The translations under genes were made by a program, and so were the position numbers. From Felis catus (taxonomy: Eukaryota), in assembly GCF_018350175.1 (NCBI RefSeq), contig NC_058368.1, forward strand, positions 233,060,001-233,124,000: DNA of 64,000 nt. Direction: 5' to 3'. Positions 37,884 through 51,205 of this stretch are shown here, piece by piece. Each line of letters starts with the position of its first letter. Position 1 is the first letter of the stretch. A model generated the notes under the pieces. The model saw only the letters and a program-made list of their open reading frames with translations, had not been told where the DNA came from and made no database searches.

Positions 37884-40449
37884 TGAGTGTTCTGTATTTT
37901 TATTGGCTAAATCTGGTGACCCTACAAGAGCTTTGAGTTCCAAGATACTGATATAACTTACCAGTTACCACACGTGGAAAGTCCAGCATATATTTCAAGG
38001 CCGGGGTTGTTAAGACTTACAGCATGTCTGGTATGTGCCGATTTGGGGCAACAGAGGTCACAAAGTCCAGACAAATAGGACAACACACTTAGAACTTTTG
38101 CTAGTATCTGGAATAAGTCAAAATCACCCATATGCCCACCTCCAGTTATAAAAATATTACATTTAAGTTCTCCTTCACAACTGTTATCAAACAAACTGCC
38201 TTTTATTACTTTATCATATAACTGTCTTACATTATTTTTATTTTTGATTGTTTTCATCAATATCAGGTTTGGATCTTCTAAACCTGATGTGCAAATTTTG
38301 TTTACTACGATCTTACCCAAATTTGAAAGTGGACTTCGTAATTTCTTTTAACAGTACACTGATGCCCTCTAAAAAAGATTCAGTAAGCTAAATTTACTTT
38401 AAACTTATTTAAGTTCATTATTTATTCAAGGGAAATTGTCAAATGTATCAATTCTCTCAATTGAAAGTAAAAAAAAGGCAAATAAATAAATTTTGAAAAT
38501 ATTAATGAGTTTGCTTTCACTAAAGCTAGGGTAGTAAACTTGTCATAAATTAGTTATGAGTGTACATAAAATATGTAAACTTAAACATAATTTTATGAAT
38601 TTTAATATACCTACTTTTTATTTTTTCAATATGTTTTTTTTAAAGATCCCTCCATGGCAGTACAAAAAATATGGGATATCATAATCCATTTAATATTTAT
38701 TTTTATTTTGTCCATGAATAAAATATAGATTATTTATTTTACATTCATTTATATTTTATAACTTGCTATCTAACAACTGTTAGGTTTTATAAAAGGAGAT
38801 TCTACTTAAATTCTTTCCCTTATAATCGCCTAACGGCAAAATTATTTCTGGATTTCAAATTACTTGGTTAGTGAAAATTATCTTTAGAAGCATCACATTA
38901 CTCATCATTTCCATTTAATGAGATCTTATATTAACTTATATATTAATTATATACTAGATCACATATTACATATATACAGCTTTCTTAAAATTATAAGCAA
39001 TATAAGTCTAACATTAATATGTATATACATTACATATTATATATATGTATATATATGTGTATATATATATATTCTACCAATAATTATAATTAAAATTAAA
39101 TTAGTCAGCAATATGACCATTACAAAGGTTTTTCTTAGGGAAAATTTACCCAAGAAAGCATTACCTCTGTGCATGGTGCTGCCATGAGTAAAGTCATATC
39201 AATTCAGTGAATACCAGCTCAGTTCTGGTGATTGAGCTAAAAAGGATCAAAGTAAATGAGCCTCTCTAAAATAATAATGTGGACCTAATTTCACTCCATT
39301 TCTCTTGCTGAGATTTTTCTATTGAACTTAATATATCAAGAGCAGGAAATTATTTTCACATTTATGTTATTCACATAATTAATTAAATCTGAATTCAGAT
39401 GCATTTTAGAGAAGTACCCTAAGGATATTAAAAATGTCAAGATCCAACATCGTTTCTCATGGCTTGCTTTATTAGAGTGGTTGGAACAAATAGAAAGAAA
39501 AGTAATACAAGCAGAACAATTTCTGAACTAGTGAATTATAACTGACGAATACGATACTGGCCACTCTAGGCAAGGTTTGAGGCAGGTCAGTTTCATTGTA
39601 ACCTGTATTATGAATACTTAGCTTTCCTGGCGTCAGCTATTAAATTTAAACTTTCCATTTCTGGATTTATTCTATAATATATTAAGAGCACTGCTGAAAA
39701 GATCAGAAAAATCTGATCATCACAAAGACATAAAAAGGGCTGAGGGAGCAATGTATTTTGGACATAATATCAGATTTCACTTTTACTTCTTTTCTCTGAA
39801 AAAGAATAAATCCAAAATCCATTCACACAAAATTAATAGAACACAGAGTTTCAGCCTAAAGTCTCCGGAAGATTCTAAGGAACATTGTTTGGCTTTCTGT
39901 TCATTTTCTCCTTTTGAATTCTACCTAGAGGAAGTAGAGGCTTGAGATAGTGCAGAGAAAAATAAAACTAAAACACACACATAAACCTGATCCCTTAGGC
40001 CTCTTAAAAATTAATGATCGGGAAGATTTAATTTGTTCAAAGAAGATTATAGACTTTGTGAAGGCATGACTGCTAAGAATATCCTTAGAAATTTGTTTTC
40101 ACCTTGTGATCATACTGTAGGGTTTTTAGGCCCCTCGACCCCACAAGCAGTGTCCAGGCCGGGGACAACTGAGTTCACCTTTGTCCAGGTACACTTCCTG
40201 TAGTGAGCCAATGCTCGGTGAGTGCAGAAGGGAAGTACAGGGTGCTGGTGTTCAGGGAGATCGAATCCTGCCGTCTTCTGTCCATGGCAAGTTGAAGAAG
40301 ATCCAGAGGTGTAGACCCACAGAGGACAGGTCCGGTGAGGGGGCATGAGCTGGACCATCGAGCCAACCTTTCACACACCAGTGAGGAACTTAGATGCGGG
40401 CAGGTCCAGGGTAGGCTGAGCTGTTTCCTCCACCCTTACCCCACCTTGT

Positions 40450-40665
40450 TTTAAAAGTTTATTTATTTATTTATTTTGAGAGAAAGACAGATAGTGCCCA
40501 CGAGCTGGGGAGGGGAAGAGAGAGCGGGAGAGAGAATCCCAAGCAGGCTCCGCACTGCCAGCCCAGAGCATGACACAGGGCTCGATCCCATGAACCTGTG
40601 AGATCGTGACCTGAACCGAAATCACCAGTCAGACACTCAACCTACTGAGCCAGCCAGGCGCCCCC
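40450..40665 (-). mobile_element. Can-SINE (older subfamily)
   Basis: Antisense copy ending gagccagccaggcgccccc. Confidence 0.93.
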
Positions 40666-42551
40666 ACCCTCCCGCTTTGGATTGGCCTCCATGAATGCCC
40701 TGCAACCAACTAGGGGAGAGACCAATATCCATCACCCAAAGCAGAATCTCATAGAGAATCAGATGATGCCTCTAGACCCATGGGCTGGTGCAAAGCTCTC
40801 AGAGGAGGGAGGGCATGGCAGAGGGAAAGTGGAGAAGGCCCTGAGTCTCTCCATCATCAACTAGTGGCTCACCGCAGGAAACTGAGGCCCAGGATTTCTG
40901 AGCTCTGATTCCTCCTGGAATTACCTTTTCCGATTATATTCATTCAGGGCTCTGCAGATGGGGCCACTGCATTTTATCTTACCACAGGCTCAGGAAGGTC
41001 ACATTCCCATTGGGAACAATCTTGTAAAGCAAGTGAAAAAATATGGAGAAGCAAGAAGGAAAACAGAGCTCTAAATGCCACCTTTTTTAAACATTGTAAG
41101 ACCAAATTCCAATCAATGTAACTACAGACAGATACACCCCCCCCCCCCATTGAGTGGAATCACATTAGGTGATTTACCTTCGGCAGGATAATCTTGACCT
41201 AGGGAACATTTATATATAAGCAACCGAGAGCCTCGATCCTTAATCAAACACAGAATGAGGCTAAATGTGTAAGATCTCCCCTGCACTTTTGACTTTGCTA
41301 AGAGAATGATGCTTAAACGCTCTATTAATTTGGAGCTCTACCCAAGATAAAGTCACCTGGGGTAAATAAATAAACGACGTAAGCAGAATAAAGTCATCGC
41401 TTCTCACCGGTGACTCTTTCACTGCTGGGAATAGTGTTTTCTAATACCAAACGGAGTGAATGTGGAATATTTAGCTGGGATACTCAGCTCATCTTGACGA
41501 TCTGGATTCTCTTGAATGCTCTCAGAGGAAGGAAGTCCACCAGGACAGACGTCCCCCTTTATGCATCGCTGGCACACAATCACCTGTCTCGGCCCCGCAT
41601 GCCGTTCACTTACCCAGATGTTCTGTCTTCTAAACAATTTCCTGGACTGACGTCATGTGTGCTGTGGAATCTCACCTTGTGCAGAACGGAACGTGCCATA
41701 AAGCAGGACAGCATTGTAAATGGGTCGCCCTCTACACTGTGATAGGGTTTTCAAATTCGTCATGCACTTGGGGTCACTCCTCTTCCAACTCTGTCCTCTG
41801 GCTTCATCAGGGTTGATGTGGGGGCTTCGGTTTCAGTCACACGGGGCTCCTTCAGCTGTACCCATATGTCATCCTCATTGCACCTGCTGCCATGGCTTCG
41901 CACAACCTCGGAAACCATAGGGGGTGGTTGTTGGCATCATGGGCTACTTCTCACAGACACAGGGTCTGGCCCAGGCACCAACCACGTGTCCTCGGACAAG
42001 TTGGTTAACGGAACTCAGTTGCTAAGTATACTGTTTGACAGTTGCTAAATTAGGCCAAAGCTAGCTTAGGTTTTTTGTCTTGTTTTTGTCTCTGTTTTTG
42101 TTTCTGCTTTCGTTTTTGTTTTGTGTATTGTCAGACAGATAGTGTGTCCAGGTAGAAGCAGTTTCTAAAAGCCGATTAATCGTAATTGTCTGACTTTCTC
42201 CGACAATGCTTCTGCCATTCCGCAGAGGGCTTTGCCTGCGTCATCCTGTTCACGGATTACAACAGCCTAGCAGTTAGGAGTGTTTGCACTGCTCCCTGAG
42301 GGAGGGAGACGCAGCGCTTAGCCTGAGCCCAGGGGCCGCAGTGGCTGATGGCTGGAGATACTTGCCCACTGGAAAGGAAGTAAGGAGTCACTGAAGCCTT
42401 TTCAGATCTCCCAGATCTTATCACGTGTGTCTCTGCTCGCTTGTGCCATATGCGTGAAAGTCAGTTTTCCAATTTTCCAACAGCAACAAGATAAAACCCT
42501 ATCAAAACCGCATCATATTTTAGAAAATAGGAAAATCTGGTTTCAGGATGA

Positions 42552-42716
42552 GGGGCGCCTGGGTGGCTCAGTCAGTTAACTGTCCAACTTCAGCTCAGAT
42601 CATGATCTCGCGGTTCGTGAGCTCGAGCATCGCGTCAGGCTCTGGGCTGACAGCTCGGAGCCTGGAGTCTGCTTCGGAGTCTGTGTCTCCCTCTCTCTCT
42701 GCCCCTATCCCGCTCA

Positions 42717-42758
<42 letters not shown>

Positions 42759-42777
42759 AACAAATAAACATTTAAAA
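42552..42777 (+). mobile_element. Can-SINE with expanded (CT)n
   Basis: Full-length sense copy. Confidence 0.95.
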
Positions 42778-44078
42778 ATTTGTCTTTTATTATAATACCA
42801 TGAATATTACAATTAAATATTTTTAATATATACCTAAATGTCTTATATAATGAATTTTATTTGGGGCATGTATTTTCCTATGTGTACGTCTATGCACATA
42901 CATTGTGTAACTGTAATAAAGTTAAGCAAACCTGCTGCTTTGTTTTTCAACAATTATTAAGCCACAGACTTTTCTCAACTCTTACATTATGTTCTCAATT
43001 TTCATGTGTATACTGCCTAACAATTCATTAGGATTTAACCATTTCCTAATGGTTGCATTAAAATTCTGCTCACAGACATAGACATTTCCCCTAGAATGTT
43101 CCCACCTTGCCACTCAGAACTGACACAGCATTTGATTACTTCCATATACACGTTACGGTTAACTTCATTACCACTCGAGTCAACATATCAAAATTTGTCA
43201 GAGTATGATCTGTCTCTAAAATTCAGCTGGTGTATTTCTTGTATTGCTTGGAGCGAATGATCTTTGCAAAAGACTTCTGTCTCCTTCCCCGTATAGTGGC
43301 TCCAAAGTTTTGTAACGGAGACGGGTGAAAATCCACGCCAGGCAAAAGCAATCTCTAGTCAGCCACATTCCCTGCCTCATTAGGAAGCTATGGCTTTCTT
43401 ACAGTTCTGGCCGATGGCAGGCTCTGTCCCATAATGTTTTTCTCAGATTAATATTCGGCCATTATTAACCCAGGACATTGGCATTCAGTACAAGTAAGAG
43501 CCCCTGAGTTGTTATAGTCTGATGAAGAATGGGATCCTACTCTCGTAATAGTTACACTAGACATTATAGAGGTAAGATCCTGGTGGGGCAATATTTTTAA
43601 TAACTAGTAACAATTACTCCAAAATTATACCATTAGCCCTTGGAATTGAGTGTCAGAAATTCCTGGGCTTCTTGCGGCACAGAAAGCCTTTTTAGTCTCC
43701 GGCATCCCATTGGTCGGCTCACATAGACGGATGGCCCTAGGAGGCACCAGCTGAACGCAGACATGCGGCTTTCTTGGGGGACAATGCCGTTGGCTTGAGA
43801 TGTTTTGCTCCGCGTCTTTCTCTGCTGGTGAAAACTTGGTTTTTCACGCGTCGTCGTGTTTTGGACGTGCACCGTTTAATTGCATTCGTGAATGCAGCTG
43901 AGTCAGGCTGTATCCTACTTTACGGAACAAAGTCATAAAGTGATTTTGCAGATATTGTGACAGAGTGGCAATGTTCCTTCACAGTGATCGTCAGAGGGAA
44001 AGAAACTCCCCACTTGACTTGTTACACACAAGGTTAACAGACACAAAGACCTAAAAATGCGGGGTTGGGTGGGCGGGA

Positions 44079-44286
44079 TGGATCCTGGGTGGCTCAGTCA
44101 GTTAAGCCTCTGACTCTTGATTTCTGCTCAGGTCATGATCTCACGGTGGGATCGAGCCCAGCATCAGGCTTCACACTGAGCCATGGAGCTGCTTGGGATT
44201 CTGTCTCTCCCTCTCTCTCTGCCCATCCCCTGCTCTCTCTCTCTCTCTCAAAATAAATAAATAAATAAATAAACATTAAAAAAAAC
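44079..44286 (+). mobile_element. Can-SINE
   Basis: cctgggtggctcagtcagttaagcc...(CT)n...(AAAT)n tail. Confidence 0.93.
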
Positions 44287-45132
44287 TAAAAATGGGGAAA
44301 GATTACAGCAAAACAAAAACTAGAAACCTGCAAACTTCCAGACAACTCTCGGAGGCAAAACTCACGTTCTTAAGAGTGTTCTGTGCCCCGGAATTAAGTG
44401 TCACGCGGGCCTGTGCACACAGACCTCCGCGTGTCCGCTCACACCTCTCACAGGTGCACTCTGAAACCAACACGTCCCAGCTCCTTGGTCCCACCCTGTG
44501 CGGAATATTCCTCACTTGCGAAGATTCCTTAACACTGATTATTCCTGGAAATCCTCAACTCTGTTCTGCTTCGGTCCCATTTCCCGGGACACCTGCCGCC
44601 TCCCTGCGGCCTCACCTGAGGCAACCTGTCGGGCTTGGCCCTGTGCGATCCTGACTTCCCAAAGCTGAGGTCTGAAACTGCACATTCTTTACCCAGGATT
44701 CCTTGTTCTTGAAGACTTTTCTTTATTTTTCTTCATTCGTATTCACTTGTTCCAATGAGTAAATGGAGAGAGCATGTCCCTCTCTGTTGGGCATTCACAG
44801 CATACATCCTTCCCCCGTGGCTTTTTTTTCTTTTTTTTTTTTTTTTTACTTTCTACCTATTACAGTGTTTTGTTTGTTGTGTAGACTTTTTGTAATGTGA
44901 GTGAATCCACCTGTCTTCTCAGTTAAGACTTTCCATCAATGATTAGAAAGGCCTTCCCCTTTTCACAATTATTTTTTACTGTATCTTATGCCCGTATGCT
45001 AATTTTTTCAAGTGCTTTTTGATACAACTGGAATTTATTTCAGTATAAGTGGTGAAGTAAGGATACAATTAGCACTTTCAGGTAACTAGGGAGTTGTTTT
45101 ATTCACACTTATTTAAGAATCCATATTTTCCC

Positions 45133-45322
45133 AGGACACCTGGATGGCTCAGTTGGATGAACACCCAGCTTTGGCTCAGGTCATGATCTTGTGGGTCATG
45201 AGTTTGAGCCCCACATCAGTCCCCCTGCTGTCACCACAGAGCCTGCTTCAGATCCTCAGTCTCCCTCTCTCTCTACTCCCCCCCCCCAGTTGTACTCTCT
45301 CAAAAATAAATAAACCTTTAAA
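45133..45322 (+). mobile_element. Older Can-SINE (host of the tandem pair)
   Basis: Diverged head ggacacctggatggctcag; upstream TSD aagaatccatattttccca. Confidence 0.9.
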
Positions 45323-45336
45323 AAATAAAGAATCCT

Positions 45337-45551
45337 GGGGCGCCTGGGTGGCTCAGTCGGTTGAGCATCCAACTTCGGCTCAGGTCATGACCTCGCGGTC
45401 CATGAGTTCGAGCCCTGTGTCGGGCTCCGTGCTGACAGCTCAGAGCCTGGAGCCTGCTTCTGATTCTGTGTCCCCCTCTCTCTGCCCCTCCCCCACTCAT
45501 CCTCTGTCTCTCTCTGTCTCGGAAATAAATAAACATTAAAAAAAAATTTTT
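45337..45551 (+). mobile_element. Younger Can-SINE inserted at the tail of the previous one
   Basis: TSD aaataaagaatcc at 45323-45335 and 45552-45564. Confidence 0.95.
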
Positions 45552-45732
45552 AAATAAAGAATCCATATTTTCCCACTGATTTGAAAGTACAACTCCTTTT
45601 TTTTTTTTTTTTTTTACTAAATACCTCTATGTGTTTTAGTTCATTTCTAGGTTCTGAATTATGTTCTATTGATTGTACATTCTCTTTGTGCACTGGTATC
45701 ACACTATTTGAATTAATGTTCCTTTCTATTAC

Positions 45733-45955
45733 TTTTTCATTAAAACATAATTGACATACAAGATTGTGCAAGTTTAGGGTGTGCGAGAGTTGATTGGATA
45801 CACTGATGTATTGCAATTGGATTACGTGTAGAGCTGGCTAACACCCCCATCAGTCACATAATTGTCATTTCTTTTTTTGTGGTAAGAACATTTAAAATCT
45901 AGTTTCTTAGCATCTTTGAGATATATAATACAGTCTTGTTGATTACGATCATTAT
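45733..45955 (-). mobile_element. LINE-1 3' UTR end (L1MA-type)
   Basis: ataattgacatacaagattgtgcaagtttagggtgtgc...ttgtggtaagaacatttaaaatcta...atataatacagtcttgttga. Confidence 0.8.
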
Positions 45956-45999
45956 TACCTTTTTCATATCTGGTAGAACTAGCTCACCTTGCTTACTCT

Positions 46000-46205
46000 T
46001 TTTTTTTATTAATTTTTTTTAATGAGAGAGAGACAGAGTGCAAGCAGGGGAGGGGCAGAGAGAGAGGGAGACCCAGAATCCCAAGCAGGCTCCAGGCTCC
46101 GAGCGGTCAGCGCAGAGCCCGACGTGGGGCTCGAACTCACCGACCGCGAGATCATGACCTGAGCCGAGGTCGGACGCTTCACCGACCGAGCCACCCAGGC
46201 GCCCC
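46000..46205 (-). mobile_element. Can-SINE, CpG-rich
   Basis: Antisense full-length copy; flanking ttactctt duplication. Confidence 0.96.
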
Positions 46206-49140
46206 GTTGTTTACTCTTCCTTTTCGGAAGCGCCCCACATATTCCTGTATGCTTCTTTTCCCAAAGAACTTTAGTTAGTCCGTGGATGGCAAAAACATTA
46301 TTGCTTATGCATTGATTGGTATCTACTGAATACCCTCTATAGGCTAGTTTATGAAACTGGCTTCTTCACACATTTTCCATTTCCAGCCAGGAGTAAGATT
46401 TGCATTTCCATTTCTCTTCTGTGGTAACCCTCAGTAGCATCTTAAAGATTTATTCTTCTACATGGTGTACATGCTGTGTAAAGTTTATATCGAGTTATTT
46501 TATCCACTTGTATTAGTCTCGTAAATGGGATATTTCATTCCAATACATTTAACTATTGTTTATGTTTAGTTAGGCTTTTGGTTTTTATGTTAATTTTGTA
46601 CTTAGCACCTTACTGAATTCTGTAATTGATTTTCAAGTGTTTGTGCTTGATTCCCGTATATTGACTTTCCACACAGTCTTGCCTCCCCCAGACACTTAAA
46701 CCCGAAATTCATCATTTATTTGTGTGTTTCCTAATAGGCATGCAACACACAGTTTTTGGCTTTCTGTCAGCCAATATTTCTATAGATATGTTGGCTTGTG
46801 GGGCAACCTCCTATTTTCTGGTATGTAAATTAGAAAATTGGAATTTGGGAGAAATTCACAGACAACCCCATCATCTGCTGCCTTGAAGGAGCATTGTAAG
46901 GATTACACAGATAAATCCTTTAAATTAGTTTTGACTGTTATGGAGAGTGATCCCACATAAGTACTGAGGATTAGGCTAACACTTTCTCTCATTAATATTC
47001 AAAAACGAAAAGAGATTGTAAACGAAGAATGTTAAGTGGGCCTGCGTGTTTCAGGAACTGGCATTGTACCTACAGAATGGCTATGGGGGGTTTCCGGAAA
47101 CAATGTAGATTAGTACAAGAGGCATAAAAATGTGGCTTAGAGAAAAATTCAAATAATATGTGTTAATATAAATGAAGCCTGTGTTTTAAAAAAGAGAGAA
47201 CAGAGTCAAAGGACATGTTGAGTAGCGTAAGAAAGGGCATTTGCCAATAAATCTAAAACTTCAGTAGCTTGACACACACAAATGTATTCATGGTTTGCGG
47301 CATCCAGTAAAGCTAGCAGAAGTCATGCTGAGCATTTCAGGCGTAAAGAGTTTCATAAAGGATTAAGTCTTCTGTAACTGCCAACCATCCAGATATTCCC
47401 ACGAGGTCGGGGAAGCCACCCCTGGGTCTCAGCCCGAGGCTCCCAAGGGAGTGGTGATCAAAATGGCACCTGGAAGGCGCCTCAGTGTTGGAGATTCTCT
47501 GGGGGATCTCCTTCCACCTGCACGAGTCAGGGTTGGCAAAGCGGATGGTTCCCAAGAGGCCGCCAGGAAGCTTCAAGAAACCTGTGTCTGTCCAAGTGTC
47601 CAGCTGGAACCGAGTTCCCGTTTCTGGCAAATCCTAGCCTGGGACCACACAGGAAAGGAATTCTGGGCACTGTATTGCCTGGCCTAGCTACCAACACAGA
47701 AGGGTTCTTGAAAAGGGCAGTGGTGAGGCGGTATTGACAACACACAAGGACGTAATCCCACAGAACCGTGCAACGCGAGCCTCCTGGCGGGTGTGCGGCT
47801 CACTGCGCGAGGCTCGGGGGCCCGAGGGTCTTCTGTGCCTTTGCGGCCCCCTTGGGCCCTGAGTCCTGTGTACCCATTCTGCAGATGGATGGAACTGCAG
47901 AGTCCTGCCTCGGCCTAGATGTGATCTGCATTACTTCCACTCATCCCAACAAGCGCACGTCCCCACGCAGCCTCAGGACAGGCTTGGAGGTGAGTCCCAA
48001 ATGGGAAACTACTTCCCAATGACCATTCCATATGCTGGAAAAGGGGACAGTGATATTGGCAAACAGTACTTAGGAAATAAATTATTTAAAAAATGAAAGT
48101 TCACATTCGCTTTGATGTTTAATTACAGAAAAAAAAAAACCCTCAATCTCGAGATCAATATGCAACATGTACTAATACTTTCTCAACACAATTTTATGCT
48201 TGCCACTTTAGATTTCCCTTTATCTTTAAGACATTATCCTCTATAACTCTGCATACAGCAGACGTCTGCTCTGGACAAAATGTTCTCTAAAAAGCTCCAA
48301 TTTTCATCGCATGCTTGTATCAAACCAATAGACGATCGTTTGTCTTCCATCATTCACACTGGCCATTAGCCTGCAAGGAACGGCTTTATCTTCTGGAATT
48401 CGGGGGAAATCTGTCCTCTTAGAATTGATGAAAGACATTTTGAAGTCCTTGATGAAACATACTTTATTTTTAGAAAGATGGAGTAGATACTTCTATAATT
48501 CCTTACACCACACACAGCAATATTTATTTAAATTTCCACAAATATGTGTATTTTCTTTCCCTGTTTGGGGCTAAAAAAAGGGGGGGGGTCTTGGCTTGCA
48601 CTATTCAAAACAGTTTGTCCTCCAGGAGAAAATAAACAAACGCTTGTCTGAACCCACTTTTATTTAGCTCAGCTGGATAGGAGTCCATTAAAGCCAGGAA
48701 AGTGATAAAATTTTTATCACTAAAAGCAATTTGATGGACTAGTTGATGAACTAACGTTTACTTCCTGCCTTTGGTCTAGGATTTCCAAAGCCAGATATCT
48801 TTACCCCTTGCACTTAACAATGTTTGTTGCATTTATTTCAATGAATGAATAAAAAAGCAAAGGGGGCGTTTGCAGTGAAAATTGGCAGTCCACGCACCTG
48901 ATCAAAGGCATCCTAAATACACATCCACATCCTAACTCAGGGACATGATTTTCTCTGGATAGTCCCTGAAATGGTAGCCAGATTGTCACCACTAACATTA
49001 TCCAGTCGCCGGCAAAGTGGGTTCTAACTTGTTAACTTTGAAAATCACCTGGATTTTTATAGCAGAGAGAAAATTGATACAGAGATTTACACACTGTGTT
49101 TCCCCTCAGTGTCATTATCGGTTAAAGGTTAATTCGTTTT

Positions 49141-49366
49141 GGGGCGCCTGGGTGGCTCAGTCGGTTGCGCGTCCGCCTTCGGCTCAGGCCATGATCTCAC
49201 GGTTGGTGGGTTCGAGCCCCGCGTCAGGCTCTGTGCTGACAGCTCAGAGCCTGGAGCCTGATTCAGATTCTGTGTCTCCCTCTCTCTCTGCCCCTCCCTC
49301 CCCTGCTCATGCTCTGTCTCTCTCTGCCTTTCAATAATAAATAAACGTTAAAAAATTAAAAAAAAA
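49141..49366 (+). mobile_element. Can-SINE with TSD ggttaattcgtttt
   Basis: TSD at 49127-49140 and 49368-49381. Confidence 0.97.
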
Positions 49367-50125
49367 TGGTTAATTCGTTTTAGTACATATCTCTCTTTCA
49401 TTCAGCTATTACCTAGTTGACTCCACTCTGGGTGGTGGCCTGGATGATCTGTACTGCAGTCACCGTTTCCATGTGTCTGAGATCTGAGCATCTTTCGCCC
49501 AAATTCCAGCACTGGAATTCCAGCAGCCGTTACACCTGTGACAAAGATATTTTATAGATCATATATTTTCACACAAATTTTCCCTTCTAAAATAAGCTTG
49601 GCACAAAAAGGCTCACGATGTAGATGGCATTACCGTAAAGCTTCAGACAGAGTGTACTTAAAAGTTCGTAACACCAGATGATGATAAGAACATCCAGTTT
49701 CCACATAATTAGAGATTTACGATGACATTATCATTTAATTTCCAAGCAACCTTTTATGCACGGGTTTCTCGAGCGTGTCATTGTGAGATCCCCTTCAAAA
49801 TGCCAAATGGATGTGTCGCAGATAGAATTCCTGACCGGCCACATCAGGCCCAAGCTAAAGAGGTTCGGGAAAATTGTGAAGCAAGGCAGGACTTGACCCA
49901 GTGCTTTGTGTTTCCCTGAAGGAAGCCTGGAATGACAAGAAGAAGCCGCGGAATATGCGCAAGTTCCTCCAAGGGGGCCCATGAGGCCATGCTGAGGTTC
50001 TTCCTAGGCGCCCATAGAACATGGCGGTGGGGAGGTCATGCTGTGTGTGTCGCGGGGGCCCTGGTCCCTCGGGAATGTGCTGCCAGGTAGGGTAGATTCC
50101 CCAGTCACCATCAATTCACAATTCG

Positions 50126-50570
50126 GTTATGGGCTGAAGACGTCCGCCCACAATTCAGGTCAAAACCCTTCTCCCCGGCGCCGCAGAATGTGACCCTATT
50201 TGGAAATAAGGTCTTTGGGGAGGTAACGAGGTCTAATGAGGCCACCGGCCCCTCATCCATTAAGACTGGCATTCTTAGAAAAAGGGGAAATTTGGAGACA
50301 GACACACGCTGGGAGAACAGCACGTGAACACAAGGCAGAGGTCAGGGGGGAAGTGAATACAAGCCAACGAACACCAGAGATTGCCGGCAACCACCCGAGG
50401 CCGAGAGAGAACCAACCGTGGGGCACATTCCCCTCACCGCCTCTGGAGGAACCGGGCCTGCCCACATCTGGATCTCACACTTCTGGCCTCCAGAAACAGA
50501 GACGATTCGCTTCCGCTGGGTAAGCCGCTCAGTCCAGACTTCGTGATGGCAGCCCCAGAAAAGTATCACA
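50126..50570 (+). mobile_element. MaLR LTR (MLT1C/B-like)
   Basis: gaatgtgaccctatttggaaataaggtctttg; ggagacagacacac; cttctggcctccagaa; ggcagccccagaaaa. Confidence 0.85.
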
Positions 50571-50637
50571 AGAGCATCCCTGCAGCTGGAGCGACTCACA
50601 TTTAAATAAAAGATGCACTTTAAAATGAGTGTGACTT

Positions 50638-50848
50638 GGGGCGCCTGGGTGGCCCAGTCGGTGAAGCGTCCGGCTTCGGCTCAGGTCATGATCTCACGCT
50701 CTGCGAGTTCGAGCCCTGAGTCGGGCTCTGTGCTGACAGCTCGGAGCCTGGAGCCTGCTGCAGATCCTGTGTCTCCCTCTCTCTCTGCCCCTCCCCCACT
50801 GGCACTCTGTGTCTCTCTCTCTCAAAAATAAATAAACATTAAAAAAAA
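50638..50848 (+). mobile_element. Can-SINE (no TSD visible)
   Basis: Full-length sense copy. Confidence 0.95.
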
Positions 50849-50856
50849 TTTTTTTT

Positions 50857-51205
50857 CACTACAAACTACCACCTCACACCTGTTAGGACATCTATCAACA
50901 AAAAGACAAAAGATACCAAACGTTGACGAGCATGTGAAGTAAAGGGACCCCTCGTGCACTGTTGGTGGGAATGTAAATTGCTTCAGTCACCGGAAAACAG
51001 TATGGAGGTTCCTCAGACAATTAAGAATAGAACCACCCTATGATCTTGCAATCCCTCACCTAGGCATATATCCAAAGGAAACAAGATCCATACCTTGAAG
51101 AGATACCTGCCCTCCCATGTCCACTGCAGCATGATTCCCAAGAAACAAGATATGAAAACAATCCAAGTGTCAGTTGACTGATGAATAGATAAAGAAAATG
51201 AAATA
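50857..51205 (+). mobile_element. LINE-1 ORF2 C-terminal region fragment
   Basis: taccacctcacacctgttagg; cactgttggtgggaatgtaaattg; gaaaacagtatggaggttcctc; gatgaatagataaagaaaatg. Confidence 0.88.

Larger units (their letters stand above)
44850..46700 (-). mobile_element. Old decayed LINE-1 (L1M) hosting several younger insertions
   Basis: Antisense L1M motifs (caactggaatttatttcagtata, ttatgttctattgattg, ttgtacttagcaccttactgaattc) resume between the inserted elements. Confidence 0.55.

Noticed and set aside
41648..41655. Perfect CRE palindrome TGACGTCA and nearby minus-strand donor motifs
   Set aside because: Isolated short motifs with no supporting context
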